From assembly GCF_006345805.1 (NCBI RefSeq), contig NC_042997.1, forward strand, positions 117,428,001 through 117,492,000: a stretch of DNA of 64,000 nucleotides, given 5' to 3'. The position numbers and the translations under genes are program-made. Within the stretch, counting starts at the first letter, position 1; each line of letters opens with the position of its first letter. The stretch is from Octopus sinensis (Eukaryota). Of this stretch, positions 11,712 to 24,278 are shown one piece after another. Under the pieces are notes generated by a model. That model was not told where the DNA came from. It ran no database searches and worked only from the letters and a program-made list of their open reading frames with translations.

Positions 11712-11949
11712 ATGTAATACCAAGCGCAACCAAAAGTATCAGTGGGGAGGTGGGGCTCGTGGGGTCCGAGCTAAACCCGCACCCACTCCACCCGTAATGT
11801 CTTCCGGTCTGTCCCATCATTCGATTTCTGTCCATTTATTGTAATTCATGAAAATTTTTAAATCCGATTTATTGTAAAAACCCATTCGTTTGTCTGACCC
11901 AGATTGTATTGTCCCATCTATGTTCGCCCCTTGTGGGTAATAATAAAAT

Positions 11950-12250
11950 CACCTGGAGGAAAGCACCATCGAAAAGTGTCTTGGTGCTACTATGAAAGAT
12001 ATCTAACCAGAGGCGGTAAATTCGCCACAATAGAAGCAAGGTTCGAGTCAACGGAGCGTGCAAGGGAGTATTCGACTCGAACTTGCAAAGTGGAAATATT
12101 TTATTTCTACCTTTATATCTGGGACGTAGGACGTGCCGGATAAAAATTAAAAATTACCCCCCCCCCCGAAGTTGAGGTAGGCTGGATTGTAGCCACACTT
12201 CTATACAAGAGGGAGGACAAGATACAATTGATCGAAATTACAAGAGACGG
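11950..12250 (+). pseudogene. Internal ORF1 fragment of a sister Tx1 family
   Basis: LEESTIEKCL...YLTRGGKFATIEARF...NILFLPLYLGRRTCRIKI aligns by eye with ORF1 IEEKKIESCL...YINRGKRYGTVEVRF...NIVLLPLYKGKRTSKI. Confidence 0.7.
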
Positions 12251-12400
12251 TCTTATAATTCCAGTCTGTTATATATTTTGAGTATTGTTGTCACTAGCGA
12301 TATCAAGATATAACTTTGTATTTTGTATTTTTATGTGTAGATGTATATATATAGATGTACATGTAATATGTACACATATATATACACATATATACATGCA
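12190..12400 (+). repeat. Left arm of a ~210-bp inverted duplication (partner 17014-17222)
   Basis: Reverse complement matches 17014-17222, roughly 90% by eye. Confidence 0.9.
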
Positions 12401-13028
12401 CTAGCACAATGACCCGGCAATATTACATAAATGTGTAAAAAGAATCTTATCACGCAATTGAACCAATGAAAGAACCTCTACCTGGTCGCTCCACACGTTA
12501 AAAATAGCAGCCAAAGTAGCCCCCTACCTAACTCACACGCCCATTATATGTACTGTCCTAGATTATCCCTAAAAAGACGGTTTGCTGAAGGCTGGAATGT
12601 CTTTAATGATACGTTTTCAGTATCAGGGTTGATTTGAGGCTTAATAACAACATTATAGTAAATTTCTATATTAACACCCGCACGATTTTCACTAAGAAAA
12701 AAAAAAAAGATTTTTTGCGTGGAATCAAGACCTTGACCTCCTAATGTGCTGCAAATCCCTTATTTTGGTTCGGAAAAAATTAGGTGGGATTCACCCTCCC
12801 AATCCCGGAATCGATGGAAATGTTTTTTCGTTGAATGAATTCCTGTGACCTCCTAATATTACAAAATTAGGTTACTTAAGGTGAGCCTGGTAACTGATCG
12901 TTTTGGGATCTTGTTTGCAATTTTTGGTGATCCATGGTGCAACGAACAACATGGTAAAAATCCCTGCCATAAATTTGGTGTAGATGGGTAATATCAAATT
13001 ATTCCATCACAACATATATTTAAATTCA

Positions 13029-13527
13029 ACATGGAAAAATGCAAGCATGAAAAATAAGATTCTTAAGCTTATAAACCTGGAAAAGTACAGGACAAGTTAT
13101 TACACCTGTAAGAGTATAGGACAAGCTATTACTTCAAGTAAAGAATAAGAAACTTTTTACTTAAAATATTGCAGCTAAAATTAAAATTTGAATATTAAAA
13201 ATTATCTTATTATAGTTTTCAAATAACACTATACATATTTAAGTACAATTTGGCTACTTTACTACTTTAAATACAGAAAATAGTGACTAATTATAAAAAC
13301 TTGCAAATTAGCTGAACAGTTTGCGCAAAATAAGATGAGAACTCTAAAGAGTGATAAATTGGAAGAAGTGGCATTCTTTGGTGCAATATTTTAAGTAAAA
13401 AGTTTCTTATTCTTTATTTTACTTGAGGCAGTAGTTTGTCCTAAACGTTTACAGGTGTAATAACTTGTTCCGTACTTTTCCAGGTTTATAATCTGAAGAA
13501 TATTACTTTTCATGCTTGCATTTTTCC

Positions 13528-13531
<4 letters not shown>
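13029..13531. mobile_element. MITE with ~150-bp TIRs
   Basis: acatggaaaaatgcaagcatgaaaa... (13029-13175) is inverted at 13382-13531. Confidence 0.85.
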
Positions 13532-13567
<36 letters not shown>

Positions 13568-13814
13568 ATATATATATATATATACCAGCAGAGATACCCG
13601 GCGTTGCCCGGTTACATTCAATTGAAGAATTTGACTTTTCTGTTATATATATATATATATGGATACACACACACACACACATATATATATATATGTATAT
13701 ATGTATATATGTATATATGTATATATGTATATATGTATATTAATATAAATACATGACAGTACATGAAGTTTGTTAAAAAAAGGGGATCATGTATATACCT
13801 CCTGGCTGTTGAGA

Positions 13815-16700
13815 TTATAACACCTTGTTGTAAACAATGTTCCTTGTTTTTCCTTGTGGAGCATATACAAAAAGGTTTCTTTTGGTTCCTACTCTTGAGC
13901 AGCCAACATACAGTTGCCTATGCGAGAAGCAGGGCTCTTCCAAGAGAAGACCAGCTACAGAGAGGGTTTGACCCTGAGATTTGTTAATGGACATGGCAGA
14001 GTTGATACGAAGGGGAAATTGCAGTCTTCTGAATGTAAATGGAATTTCTGCTCCTGATGGAGTAAGAGGAATTCTTGGAATAAAGACGTCATCACCTTTT
14101 CCACATCCAGAAAGAATGATCGCCTCGATAACGTGTGACATCATTTTCTTTATCACCAGTCGTGTTCCATTGCAAAGTCTTGGTGGTTCCAGACTGCGGA
14201 GTAGCATTACAGGAGTTACAACTTTAAGTGCTAATATGTGTGGAGTTAGTCCAGGAGGCTCCAGTGAATTGAGAAATTTAGGAGGATAGTTCACAACTTC
14301 ATTTATATCTGGAATTGTATCAACAGACTTGTAAGTGTGTATAGTGCCGGGAAGAGAATGCATTAGCTGTTGATTATTTTTGTTAACAGCGACGTTTTTT
14401 GGAGCTAATATTGCTCTTTCACACAGCCAATTGTGATTTTGGTAGTTTTGTGTGAAGTTGGGAAAGACTTTGTTTTTGAGGTCATCTACAGAATTAACAA
14501 CAGAGGAAAATGACCACACTTCCATTTGTCCTGCAGCATCGAAAGGCATCGCCTTCTCCAAGTGTCAAAATGTCCTGTACAAACTTTGTGGACATTTTGT
14601 CGCCGTGTAGCTGAGCTCTCATGTTAGTGGTGAGACTGAGGATTGTAACATGATGCCACAGAGTAGAGGACTTTAGGCATGCTTGGACTTCATCTGCTCT
14701 AGTGCCTTTCGGGATGACAGGAAGAGTTTGCCGGAAATCACCTGACAACAGAAGCGTTACACCTCCCATTGGAGCCTGATAGTCTCGGATGTCTTTCAGG
14801 GCTCTATCTAATGCTTCCAAAGCTCCCTTGTGAGCCATAGTGCACTCATCCCAGACAATTAGATGACACATTTTAAGTACTTATCCCTGATCTGAGCTTT
14901 TGTTGATGTTGCATGAAGGCATTTCGGATGCTGCTAAATTGAGAGGGAGTTTAAAAGTTGAGTGTGCTGTCCTGCCACCGGGTAACAAAGTAGCTGCAAT
15001 GCCAGAGGAGGCTACAGCTACTGCAATGTCCTGATGCTGCCTAACTTCTGCAAGGAGAAGCATTGTAATAAATGTTTTTCCTGTCCCTCCAGGAGCATCG
15101 AGGAAGAAGATTCGTCCCTCGCGTTGGCGTACACTGTTAAGAATAGTTCTGTAGGCCTGCAGCTGGTCCGGAAGTAATGTAGGCTCATTTTCAACAATGT
15201 ACTTTGAAAGCGCTTGAGTGTCGTAGGTTGTTTCACGAATGATAGCAGTGGGAAGGCTATTTGACCCTGACCTGAATGCTTGTGGCAGGACATACGTCGA
15301 CAATTCATTTCCACCCAGTTTAGCAATTCTGTCTTCAATGTCAATGAGTGTTTTGTTATAGATTTCATTGCTGATACCCTCCATGTCAGGATAGAGCAGT
15401 TGAGCTTGGTGCTGAAATTCTTCAGCCAGGTTGCCTCTATATTTGAGCCATAGAGTGGCCGGATCACACAGCTTGCATACCTGTAGTAATACTGCAAATA
15501 GTGCACTGAGACTTTTACGTGATTGTGATAAGGCAGCCTCTCCTAAAGTTGCATCTCATTGTGCACCATCTTCTAACAGACCTTGTTGATAGCAGGATTC
15601 TCTGTATGTTGTGCAGACATGTCCATGAACGGTTTTTAGGGCCTGGAAAGACGTTGGCCCTCTGACCTCATGCAGTAGTAGACGAAGGTAGAAGCACTCT
15701 TGTTGAGTGGGATGCACTATGTATACTCGCCCAAGGCAAGTGTGAAACTTAATGCCAGGGTATCCATGAACATTTTGACCTGCTTTCCGTGGGGCCCATT
15801 TTTTTCCATTCCAAGTGTAGTACGATGGAATCTGTGGATACAGCAAGGTTTGAGCGAGTGGATCCACTTGACAAAGCTTGAAGAATGCAGTGAGTATGCT
15901 ATCCCTTGGTTCCTCTGCCAACAGAGAAGCATTAGCATCGGTGAAGTACACTTTTTGACCATATTCCAGGTGCACTGCAAGCTGTTGAATGGCGGGGTGT
16001 CGTTGGTGAATTGGAAAGCCAAAGATGCGCCAGAAAGCCTCGTTGCTACTTATGTACCGTCCCACCTAATAATGCGTCACCTCATCCTGGCAGTATTCTT
16101 GTTGAAGTCCAAACATTGCAGCGTCAGAACCCTTGTTTACCTATTTGCAAACGTACTTGATGGATTTAACGGTGTTGCAAAACTCAACGTTGATGTGAGC
16201 ATTGAAAGTCTTTGACAGGAGTGGGCAGTATGGAACAATCCATCTATTATCAATATCGTGCTGTCCGATAGTTGCTGTGAAACCTCCGTCTTCTGGTTTT
16301 CTGCGTCTGTATGATGGATACCCATCAGCACCTGTCAGAGTTTCTTGTAGGAACCTCCTTGGAAATCTTTTTGAACATATGCTGTCCTTCAAGCATGGTG
16401 AGTTTATGTTGAATCCACGCCCACATGGACCATGTACCATGTTTGCTTTAACTATTTCGTATAGTTCTTTGTCTAAAGCTGGATCAGGAGGCTCTGCAGA
16501 GATTATGTTGTCGATGTCATTGGAATTGATCTTCGCTGAGAGCCAAAACAGGATATGAGCATGTGGAAGGCCCCTTTTTTGCCACTCGATTGTGTACATG
16601 TCACATTGTATGGGCCCAAAGACTTGCCCTTTTTGTATGAGCTCCATGAGAGAGATTAACTTCAGATGGAAACCTCGGGCGTTGAGATTCCGGTTCGAAT
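13815..16700 (-). pseudogene. Helitron RepHel (HUH Rep C-terminal part plus PIF1 helicase), frameshifted and with stops
   Basis: YTIEWQKRGLPHAHIL, MVHGPCG, DNRWIVPY, GRYISSNEA; APGGTGKTF, IVWDECTM, SGDFRQTLPV, SINKSQGQT, LYVGCSRV. Confidence 0.95.
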
Positions 16701-16951
16701 GTAAGGCAGGTTTGAAAGTGTTCCCAACAGTTATTAGTTGTAGTGGTAGAGTGTTTATGCCGAATATGTACGTATGCATGTATATATATGTATGCTTGTA
16801 TATATGTACAAAATCCACTGAGAAGGCTTTTGTTGATCTGAGATTACAGCAGAAGACACATGCCAAGTCACCACACTGTGGGACTGAACCCAGGACCATG
16901 TGTTTGGAACGTAGTTTGTTACCACACAGACACAACTGCCCCTATGTATGG

Positions 16952-16989
<38 letters not shown>

Positions 16990-17013
16990 ATGTGTGTATG
17001 GGTAGATATATTA

Positions 17014-17222
17014 TGCATGTATATATGTGTATATATATATGTGTACATATTACATGTACATCTATATATATACATCTACACATAAAATACAAAATACAAA
17101 GTTATATCTTGATATCGCTAGTGATAATACTCAAAATATATTCCAGACTGGAATTGTAGGCCCGTCTCTACCAATTTCGATCAATTGGATCTTGTCCTCC
17201 CTCTTGTATAGAAGTGTATGGC
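17014..17222 (-). repeat. Right arm of the inverted duplication (partner 12190-12400)
   Basis: See the left arm. Confidence 0.9.
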
Positions 17223-18044
17223 TGCAGCGAAATTCATTTTTGGACTTTCTTCTATCGAAGGCATTTTAACAAAAATGCTTCCGTAAAGACAGTGAAAATA
17301 TTGTCAATTTCCCCAAACAGGGACACAATTCAATTTTTAAACAATAACCAAAGCCCCTTCTCCGAAATGGGGAGGGTTACGGTTTACAATTATTTAACAA
17401 ATGCAACACAACGTTTCCCTGACGAGGAACCAACAAACGTGATTACAATAGTCAAACAGTAATAATAATAACAACGAACCTTTTTAATTTATCCCCATTT
17501 ATGTGAAACCACTTATTCAAGTTCAAGTCATTGATGCAATTTTTTACGAATCGCTAATACACTCACACACACACATAATAAGGCTGAAAAATTGAATATT
17601 ATTTTGATTAATATGAATTGAAAACCAGTGGTGTAGCATATAAGACCATAGCGGATCTTCTAGCAAAATGGATGACCATTGTTAATGGTTCATCCCTGTT
17701 ATATAATACTTTCACTTTAATAGTGAAAGTGTCTGCATTACAAAAGAGAGATATTTTTGTTTCACTTTTAACACATAATACTAAAATAGTGGAGAAGATA
17801 TGATATTGCTGTGGAGTCGCCCTAGGGAAAAGTTAAGATTTTTTTGCCGATGACACTCCCCGGACCTTAAGTAAGGCATGTGTAAAATTTGAATCAAATT
17901 GTTTGTGTAGTTCTCAAATTTTAGGGAAACACACAGACAGACAGACACACATTCTCAGCTTTATATATAGAGAGAGATATCACACAGCATATACAATAAA
18001 ACTTCTGAAGGAAATAACGGAAAGGCAATCCGCCTACGCTCTCA

Positions 18045-18083
<39 letters not shown>

Positions 18084-18814
18084 CTGCTCTGAAATTCTTC
18101 GATACATTTTGTTTCAGTAATGACCAATATAACTGCATGAAAGAACCCAGTTTGATAGGCAGAAAATAGTCTTACTAACTTGACGTCAAATGGCTTTCCA
18201 TGGATTCTTAAGTTCAAAGATTAATATCATTTCGTGATCATATCAGATGCCATGAGCACGATTCTTCATGAGGTATCAAAGACGTTTCTAAAAATAAATA
18301 ATCTTGGAATTGCTTCTATGAAATGTTAAAGTAGATATTAACCCTGAAAATCCATTGATTATAAGATTAATCCAGATAAATATTTCTTTTTTGTCCGGGG
18401 TTTTTTTTGCGGGGGTGGGTTGCTTTTGTTCTTTGTTTGACGTTTGCTTGTCATTTTTTCGGCTTTTTTGTTTCTCTTTTATGGAGTTGGGGGTTTTCCT
18501 GATGTCTGGTACTAAAACTGTCTTTGTTCTGAGGTATTCTGACATATAATTATATTTCGATCCTTTTGAAAATCGATCTTATGAGGAATTTCGTATCTTT
18601 CATTTCATTTTCATCTTTCACTTCCCCACCCACTGATACACTCATTACAATAGTGGCCGCCATATTTCTATTTCTTCATTCATAATTACAATTATCTCTA
18701 GTGCTTTCTAATGTACCCTACGTACACACATTCGCATGCACATACAAATGTTTGTTTATGCATTCATGTATGAAATATACAAATATAAATAAATATGTAT
18801 GCCTGTCTGCATGT

Positions 18815-19043
18815 ATTTCTTTACTACCCACAAGGGGCTAAACACAGAAGGGACAAACAAGGACAGACAAACGGATTAAGTCGATTATATCGACCCCAGT
18901 GCGTAACTGGTACTTATTTAATCGACCCCGAAAGGATGAAAGGCAAAGTCGACCTCGGCGGATTTTGAACTCAGAACGTAACGGCAGACGAAATACGGCT
19001 ACGCATTTCGCCCAGCGTGCTAACGTTTCTGCCAGCTCGCTGC
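18815..19043 (-). mobile_element. tRNA-derived SINE family A, full length
   Basis: Head gcagcgagctggcagaaacgttagc; tail gccccttgtgggtagtaaagaaat. Confidence 0.9.
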
Positions 19044-19224
19044 GTGTTTCTGGAGAGATTACGTCTTTTCTTTGGTGGCATACTTTTTCAAAATTATAAA
19101 CAAAAATTATGAACATGGAAAAAATATACATTAATCTCTATTTTTGTTAGTAGTTGTATGTATGTAGTATGTCCATATTTTTGTATGCAGAATAAATTAA
19201 CGAAATAACACATATATAGAACTG

Positions 19225-19597
19225 ATGGAAGCACTCCGTCGGTTACGACGACGAGGGTTCCGGTTGATCCGATCAACGGAACAGCCTGCTCGTGAAATTA
19301 ACGTGTAAGTGGCTGAGCACTCCACAGACACGAGTACCCTTAACGTAGTTCTCGGGGATATTCAGCGTGACACAGAGAGTGACAAGGCCGGCCCTTTGAA
19401 ATACAGGTACAACAAAAACAGGAAGTAAGAGTGAGAGAAAGAGTACAGCAGGGATCACCACCATCCCCTGCCGGAGCCTCGTGGAGCTTTAGGTGTTTTC
19501 GCTCAATAAACACTCACAACGCCCGGTCTGAGAATCGAAACCGCGATCCTACGACCGCGAGTCCGCTGCCCTAACCACTGGGCCATTGCGCCTCCAC
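19225..19597 (-). mobile_element. tRNA-derived SINE family C
   Basis: Head ggaggcgcaatggcccagtggttagggcagcggactcgcgg with B box ggtttcga; relatives at about 28690-28935, 39190-39450, 48950-49300, 57080-57400 and 62598-62900. Confidence 0.85.
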
Positions 19598-19849
19598 ATA
19601 GAACTTGTTACAGAGAGACAAAAGATTTTATATTTTACCTTGCAACTGCTGCGATAATTATTGACTGGTAATGGAACAGTAAATGTGTATTGTTTTAATG
19701 GAAATGAAAATAAAATTTCTTATTGACACTGGCCAACCCGCGCTTAACGCATGTCATTCGTCCACTGGGGATCTAATACAAGCAACACACAACAAGGAGA
19801 AAGAGACAAAAATAAAATAACACGTGTTAATTTCTTTTTTCTAAAAACA

Positions 19850-20016
19850 TTCAGTGACGTTAACTGGAGCGTTGGGGTTCGAGTAGACGTCATTCCACCT
19901 TTTCATTTCTCATTACCAATTTTTCATTTCATTTTATTTTTCCCCCACTTTTGTGTTTTGTCTGACCTTGTGCTGTCCCCTCTGTGTTTCGACCCTGTGT
20001 GGTTAATAAAAAAAAT
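19850..20016 (+). mobile_element. 3' end of another Tx1-related LINE (or related tail)
   Basis: tttgtctgaccttgtgctgtcccctctgtgtttcgaccctgtgtggttaataaa resembles the LINE tail at 11887-11949. Confidence 0.55.
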
Positions 20017-21542
20017 CAAGTCGTCAGGTATGTTATGTATGTGTAGATGTGCATGTGTGTGTTTAATAAGGTACCGTATATAGTATGTCTGTAATTTTGT
20101 ATGCAGTGTAAATTAACGAAATAGAAGCACGTGTACAGAGAAACAAAGAATTTTATATTTTACCTTACAACTGCTGCGATAATTATTAACTGGTAATAGA
20201 ACAATAAATGTATATTGTTTTAAAGGAAATGAAAATAACATTTCGTATTGACACTTCACGCATGTCAGTCTCAGGTACGTATATGTAAATGTGTGTGTGC
20301 GTTTAATAACGTACCGTATATAGTAGGTCTGTATTTTTGTATGCTGCGTAAATTAATCCAAAAAAATTACATGTTGACACTCCTGCAGTCTCATGGTATC
20401 ACCATGTAAAATTTGATTTGATTTGATTTGGTTGAGCCGTTAGGAACAGACAGAAATACAAAGGATTTTATATACATACTAGTATTACAAACCTATCTCA
20501 TTCGAGTCTACTCGGGCCACATTTTAAAGATGAGGAATTTGCTCTAGAGGCCACGCCTTTCAATTAAGCAAATTCAAAGTTGCCATGCAAACTCTCCAGC
20601 ACTTTTAACATAGGTGTTCAAATTTCTAGGTCAATCCCACCACATTTACTAACACTTTTGCATGCACAACTGCTTGTACGACAACGTCCGCCCTTTTCAC
20701 AAATATATAGTAGATAGTTTATTATTTAAATTGTCTTAAATAACACCCGAACGCAACGCACAATATCTTTACGTCATATACTTATATATTAAAAATTTAA
20801 AAAATGCGCCCCTTTGAAGCCTAGTCAGGCTCATGGGCCCGGTTTCTATGGCGTATGTGTTCCCCAGCTGGACCGGACGCCAGTCCATCGCAAGATTACT
20901 CATTTTTGCCAGCTGAGTGGACTGGAGCAACGTGAAATGAATTGTTTTGCTCAAGAACACAACGCGTCGCCCGGTCCAGGAATCGAAATCACAATCTTAC
21001 GATCATGGTGCTGACACCCTAACCACTAAGCCACGCGCCTCCACATACTTATGTATTAATTTTGTATAATACTCGTATGTATTATTTTCAATGGATGTCT
21101 TCTTAGCACACCGAATATTGCCTTGAGAGACTCTCTTATATAGGCACTTGATGAATAAAAGCTCACACATAGATCATAGAATATGAGAATCGTCTGTCAT
21201 GGGCGCCGGAATTCCCATATCACATGATTTCATTCTACCGGAAATCGTCAGTGGGAGGCATCCGATCACTGCATGCCAGTCAAATCTCGTTGCTACTGTA
21301 TATAGAATATCAGCATCTTACCAGACGCAGACGTCGCAAATAACCAACAGGGTTATTAGCGGTGGAAGCAGTATTAGTACCAAAAAATAATGTTATATCC
21401 AACTAAACATGGATATCTTATTAGAACACCAAATACTGCGTTTATTAGCCTTAAAAGATACTCTCTTATATATGCGCTGGGTGCATAAAAGCAAAACATA
21501 GATCATAGCAGACGAGAATCGTCAACTCAATATTCGGTGTTC

Positions 21543-22280
21543 GGATCTTTACCTTTTGACCGACAGATTTAGTAAATAATTTTTTGTAACTAAACACTTT
21601 CAAACTTCGAACACTGGTAGAATGTGTCATATAAAATATTTTTTACTCTTAGAGTTTTTGAGAAAAGCTGATATTTAGGAAGTTATTTCACGTTAAAGTT
21701 GTAGTATTTCAGTAATTTCAACCAATCAATGACATGTATTCAGCTGAATAAAATTACTGCCGTTGTTTGTCAACAACAACTATCGGTGGTATATATTTCG
21801 CTTGTCACTGTTATTTATGACACCGTTCGTGCATTTGTACTGGTTTTAACTTTAAGGTTTTAGGGTTAGGGTGTTAGGGTTTTAGGGCTAGGGTTAGGGT
21901 GTTAGGGTTAGGACTTTAGAGTTAGGGTTAGGGTTAAGGTTTTAAGGTTAGGGTTAGGGTTAAGGTTTTAGGGTTAGGGTTAGAGTTTTAGGGTTAGGTT
22001 TGTCATAAACAACTGTAACAAACGAAATATACACCACCGGAAGTTCTTGTTGACAAACAACAGCAGTAATTTTATTCAACTGAATACACGTCATTGATTG
22101 GTTGAAATTACCGAAATACTACAACTTTAACGTGAAATAACTTCCTAAATATAAGTTTTTCTCAAAAACGCTAAGAGTAAAAGATGTTTTATATGACACA
22201 TTCTACCAGTGTCCGAAATTTGAAAGTGTTTAGTTACAAAAAATTATTTTTTAAATCTGTCGGTCAAAAGGTAAAGATCC
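21543..22280. mobile_element. MITE with 280-bp TIRs, 8-bp TSD and (TTAGGG)n core
   Basis: Arms 21543-21822 and 22001-22280; TSD cggtgttc at 21535-21542 and 22281-22288; telomeric repeats at about 21850-21999. Confidence 0.95.
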
Positions 22281-22470
22281 CGGTGTTCTAACAGGACAAC
22301 CATGTTCGGTTGAAAATAAGGATATTCTTTTGGTATTAAAATTGCTTCCATCTCTAATAATTAACACATATATCATCTTGATCTTAATTCATTATAGAGT
22401 GTCCCTACGCTCTTTTATGCATGCGAATGTTTATACACACATGTATATATGTATGTATGTATGTTTGTAA

Positions 22471-22513
<43 letters not shown>

Positions 22514-22544
22514 TATGTATAATTATAGAATGTTCTAATGTATA

Positions 22545-22752
22545 AGGCAGCGAGCTGGCAGAAACGTTAGCACACCTGGCGAAATGCTTAGCGATATTTC
22601 ATCTGTCTTTACGTTCTGGGTTCAAATTCCGCCGAGGTCAACTTTGCCTTTTCATTCTTTCAGGTTCGATAAATTAAGTACCATTTACGTACTGGGGTCG
22701 ATCTAATTGACTGGTTCTCTCCCCAAAAATTTCGGGCCTTGAGAAGAAAAGA
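22545..22752 (+). mobile_element. SINE family A variant
   Basis: ggcagcgagctggcagaaacgttagc head. Confidence 0.85.
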
Positions 22753-23699
22753 TTGTTTTAATGTGTGTATATGTATGTCTGTTTCTATGTATGATCATAG
22801 ATTGTCCGTATGTTTTTATGTATGTGTATGTTTACACACACACATGTATGTATGTATGTATGATGTATAAATTTATATATGATTGTATGACAGTTTATAT
22901 GCACCTTTGTATGTATTTTTTATATCCGTGTGAATGTATGTGTATATGCCTGTATAGATATGCACTATGTGCATTATGCACGTTTGTATATGTATATATG
23001 TATGCATGTATGACTGCTCCCGTGCATGGATGATTGTAATTTCAACCGTGTTTCGTGGTCTGCTACCACAACTGCTCCTTTATAGGATCCAGTTAGCTCA
23101 AGACATCATCAAGAGGAACCACGTCCGATTTCGGCCCCTACTCCTCTACCGTTTTGACGTGGCGCCCCCCCACTTCAGCTGTAGTGTTGGGTGCATGTCT
23201 TCTTTCTTCTTTCTTCTGTTCCCTATGATACTCTTATATAATACCCTCGTGTCCTGCTTCCACGTAATACACAAAGACCGTTGTGTATCGCCTTGATATA
23301 TTAGCTTGTGCAATTCTTTTATATAACTAGTCGTGACGCAATGCCTTCATATTATGTCCCAATGACAATGTTCCTTATACATTGCCCTATTTAATATTCA
23401 TATTCACAGCACTTACGTATTAATTTCATGCGTCATTCTTTTATGCTGTACATGTATCAGTCATAACGAAACGCTCCTGCATAACCTCCTTTATGTAGCG
23501 CTCTTATCTCATAAGCCATCTTATGTAATCACCTTATCTAGTGATCTTACGCAACGTTCTTGGTAATATTCTTATATAATGATCTTACGTATGTCTTATT
23601 GATGACCCTTATTTGATGTCCTTATCTAATCTCTTATCTTAGGCGCTTATCTTATGCCCTTATATAATAATTTTATGTACTGGAATTGTGCAATGTGCT

Positions 23700-23886
23700 T
23701 ACTGTAATACACTTACATGCATACATACATACATACATACATACATACATACATACATACATACATACATACATACATACATACATACATACATACATAC
23801 ATACATACATACATACATACATACATACATACATACATACATACATACATACATGCATGCATGCATGCATGCATGCATGCATACAT
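23700..23886. repeat. (CATA)n / (CATG)n microsatellite
   Basis: Direct reading. Confidence 0.95.
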
Positions 23887-24210
23887 CAGGTACAAAGAGA
23901 GTACCTACGCTGAACTATTGAGAAATCTGCAGTTACTCTAGCCAGATTACATGTTCAGGTCTATACCTGTAATCATTGGGACATTGGGATATGTTACGCC
24001 CTGCCTGAATACTAATCTTGTGAAATTAGGCTTCTCAAAGCCAGAAGGGAGAAAGCTAATTCGAAGGCTACAGTTCCAATCCGCCAGTGGAACTGTAAAA
24101 ATCTGGAAAACTTTCCAGAAGTTTATCATTTAAGTATATATAAGCATGTCTAGATGTGTAACTATATGCATGAGAATACATCCATAAAGCAAAATAAACA
24201 AATCTATACA
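23887..24210 (+). mobile_element. 3' end of an RLE-type non-LTR retrotransposon within (CATA)n
   Basis: KESTYAELLRNLQLL*PDYMFRSIPVIIGTLG...KTFQKFII* resembles the C-terminus of a restriction-like endonuclease; (CATA)n on both sides. Confidence 0.7.
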
Positions 24211-24246
24211 TGCATACCTACCTACCTCCATACATATATACATACA

Positions 24247-24277
<31 letters not shown>

Positions 24278-24278
<1 letters not shown>

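Larger units (their letters stand above)
6800..11949 (+). mobile_element. Near full-length Tx1/L1-clade LINE
   Basis: ORF1 with CCHC knuckle, ORF2 with APE, RT and C-terminal zinc motif, and a 3' UTR ending taataataaaat. The 5' boundary is approximate and no TSD was found. Confidence 0.93.
13585..17977 (-). mobile_element. Helitron with both termini, internally deleted or disrupted
   Basis: 5' A|TC at 17977; 3' hairpin ccgggcaacgccggg followed by CTGG|T at 13585; RepHel remnants inside. Confidence 0.85.
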
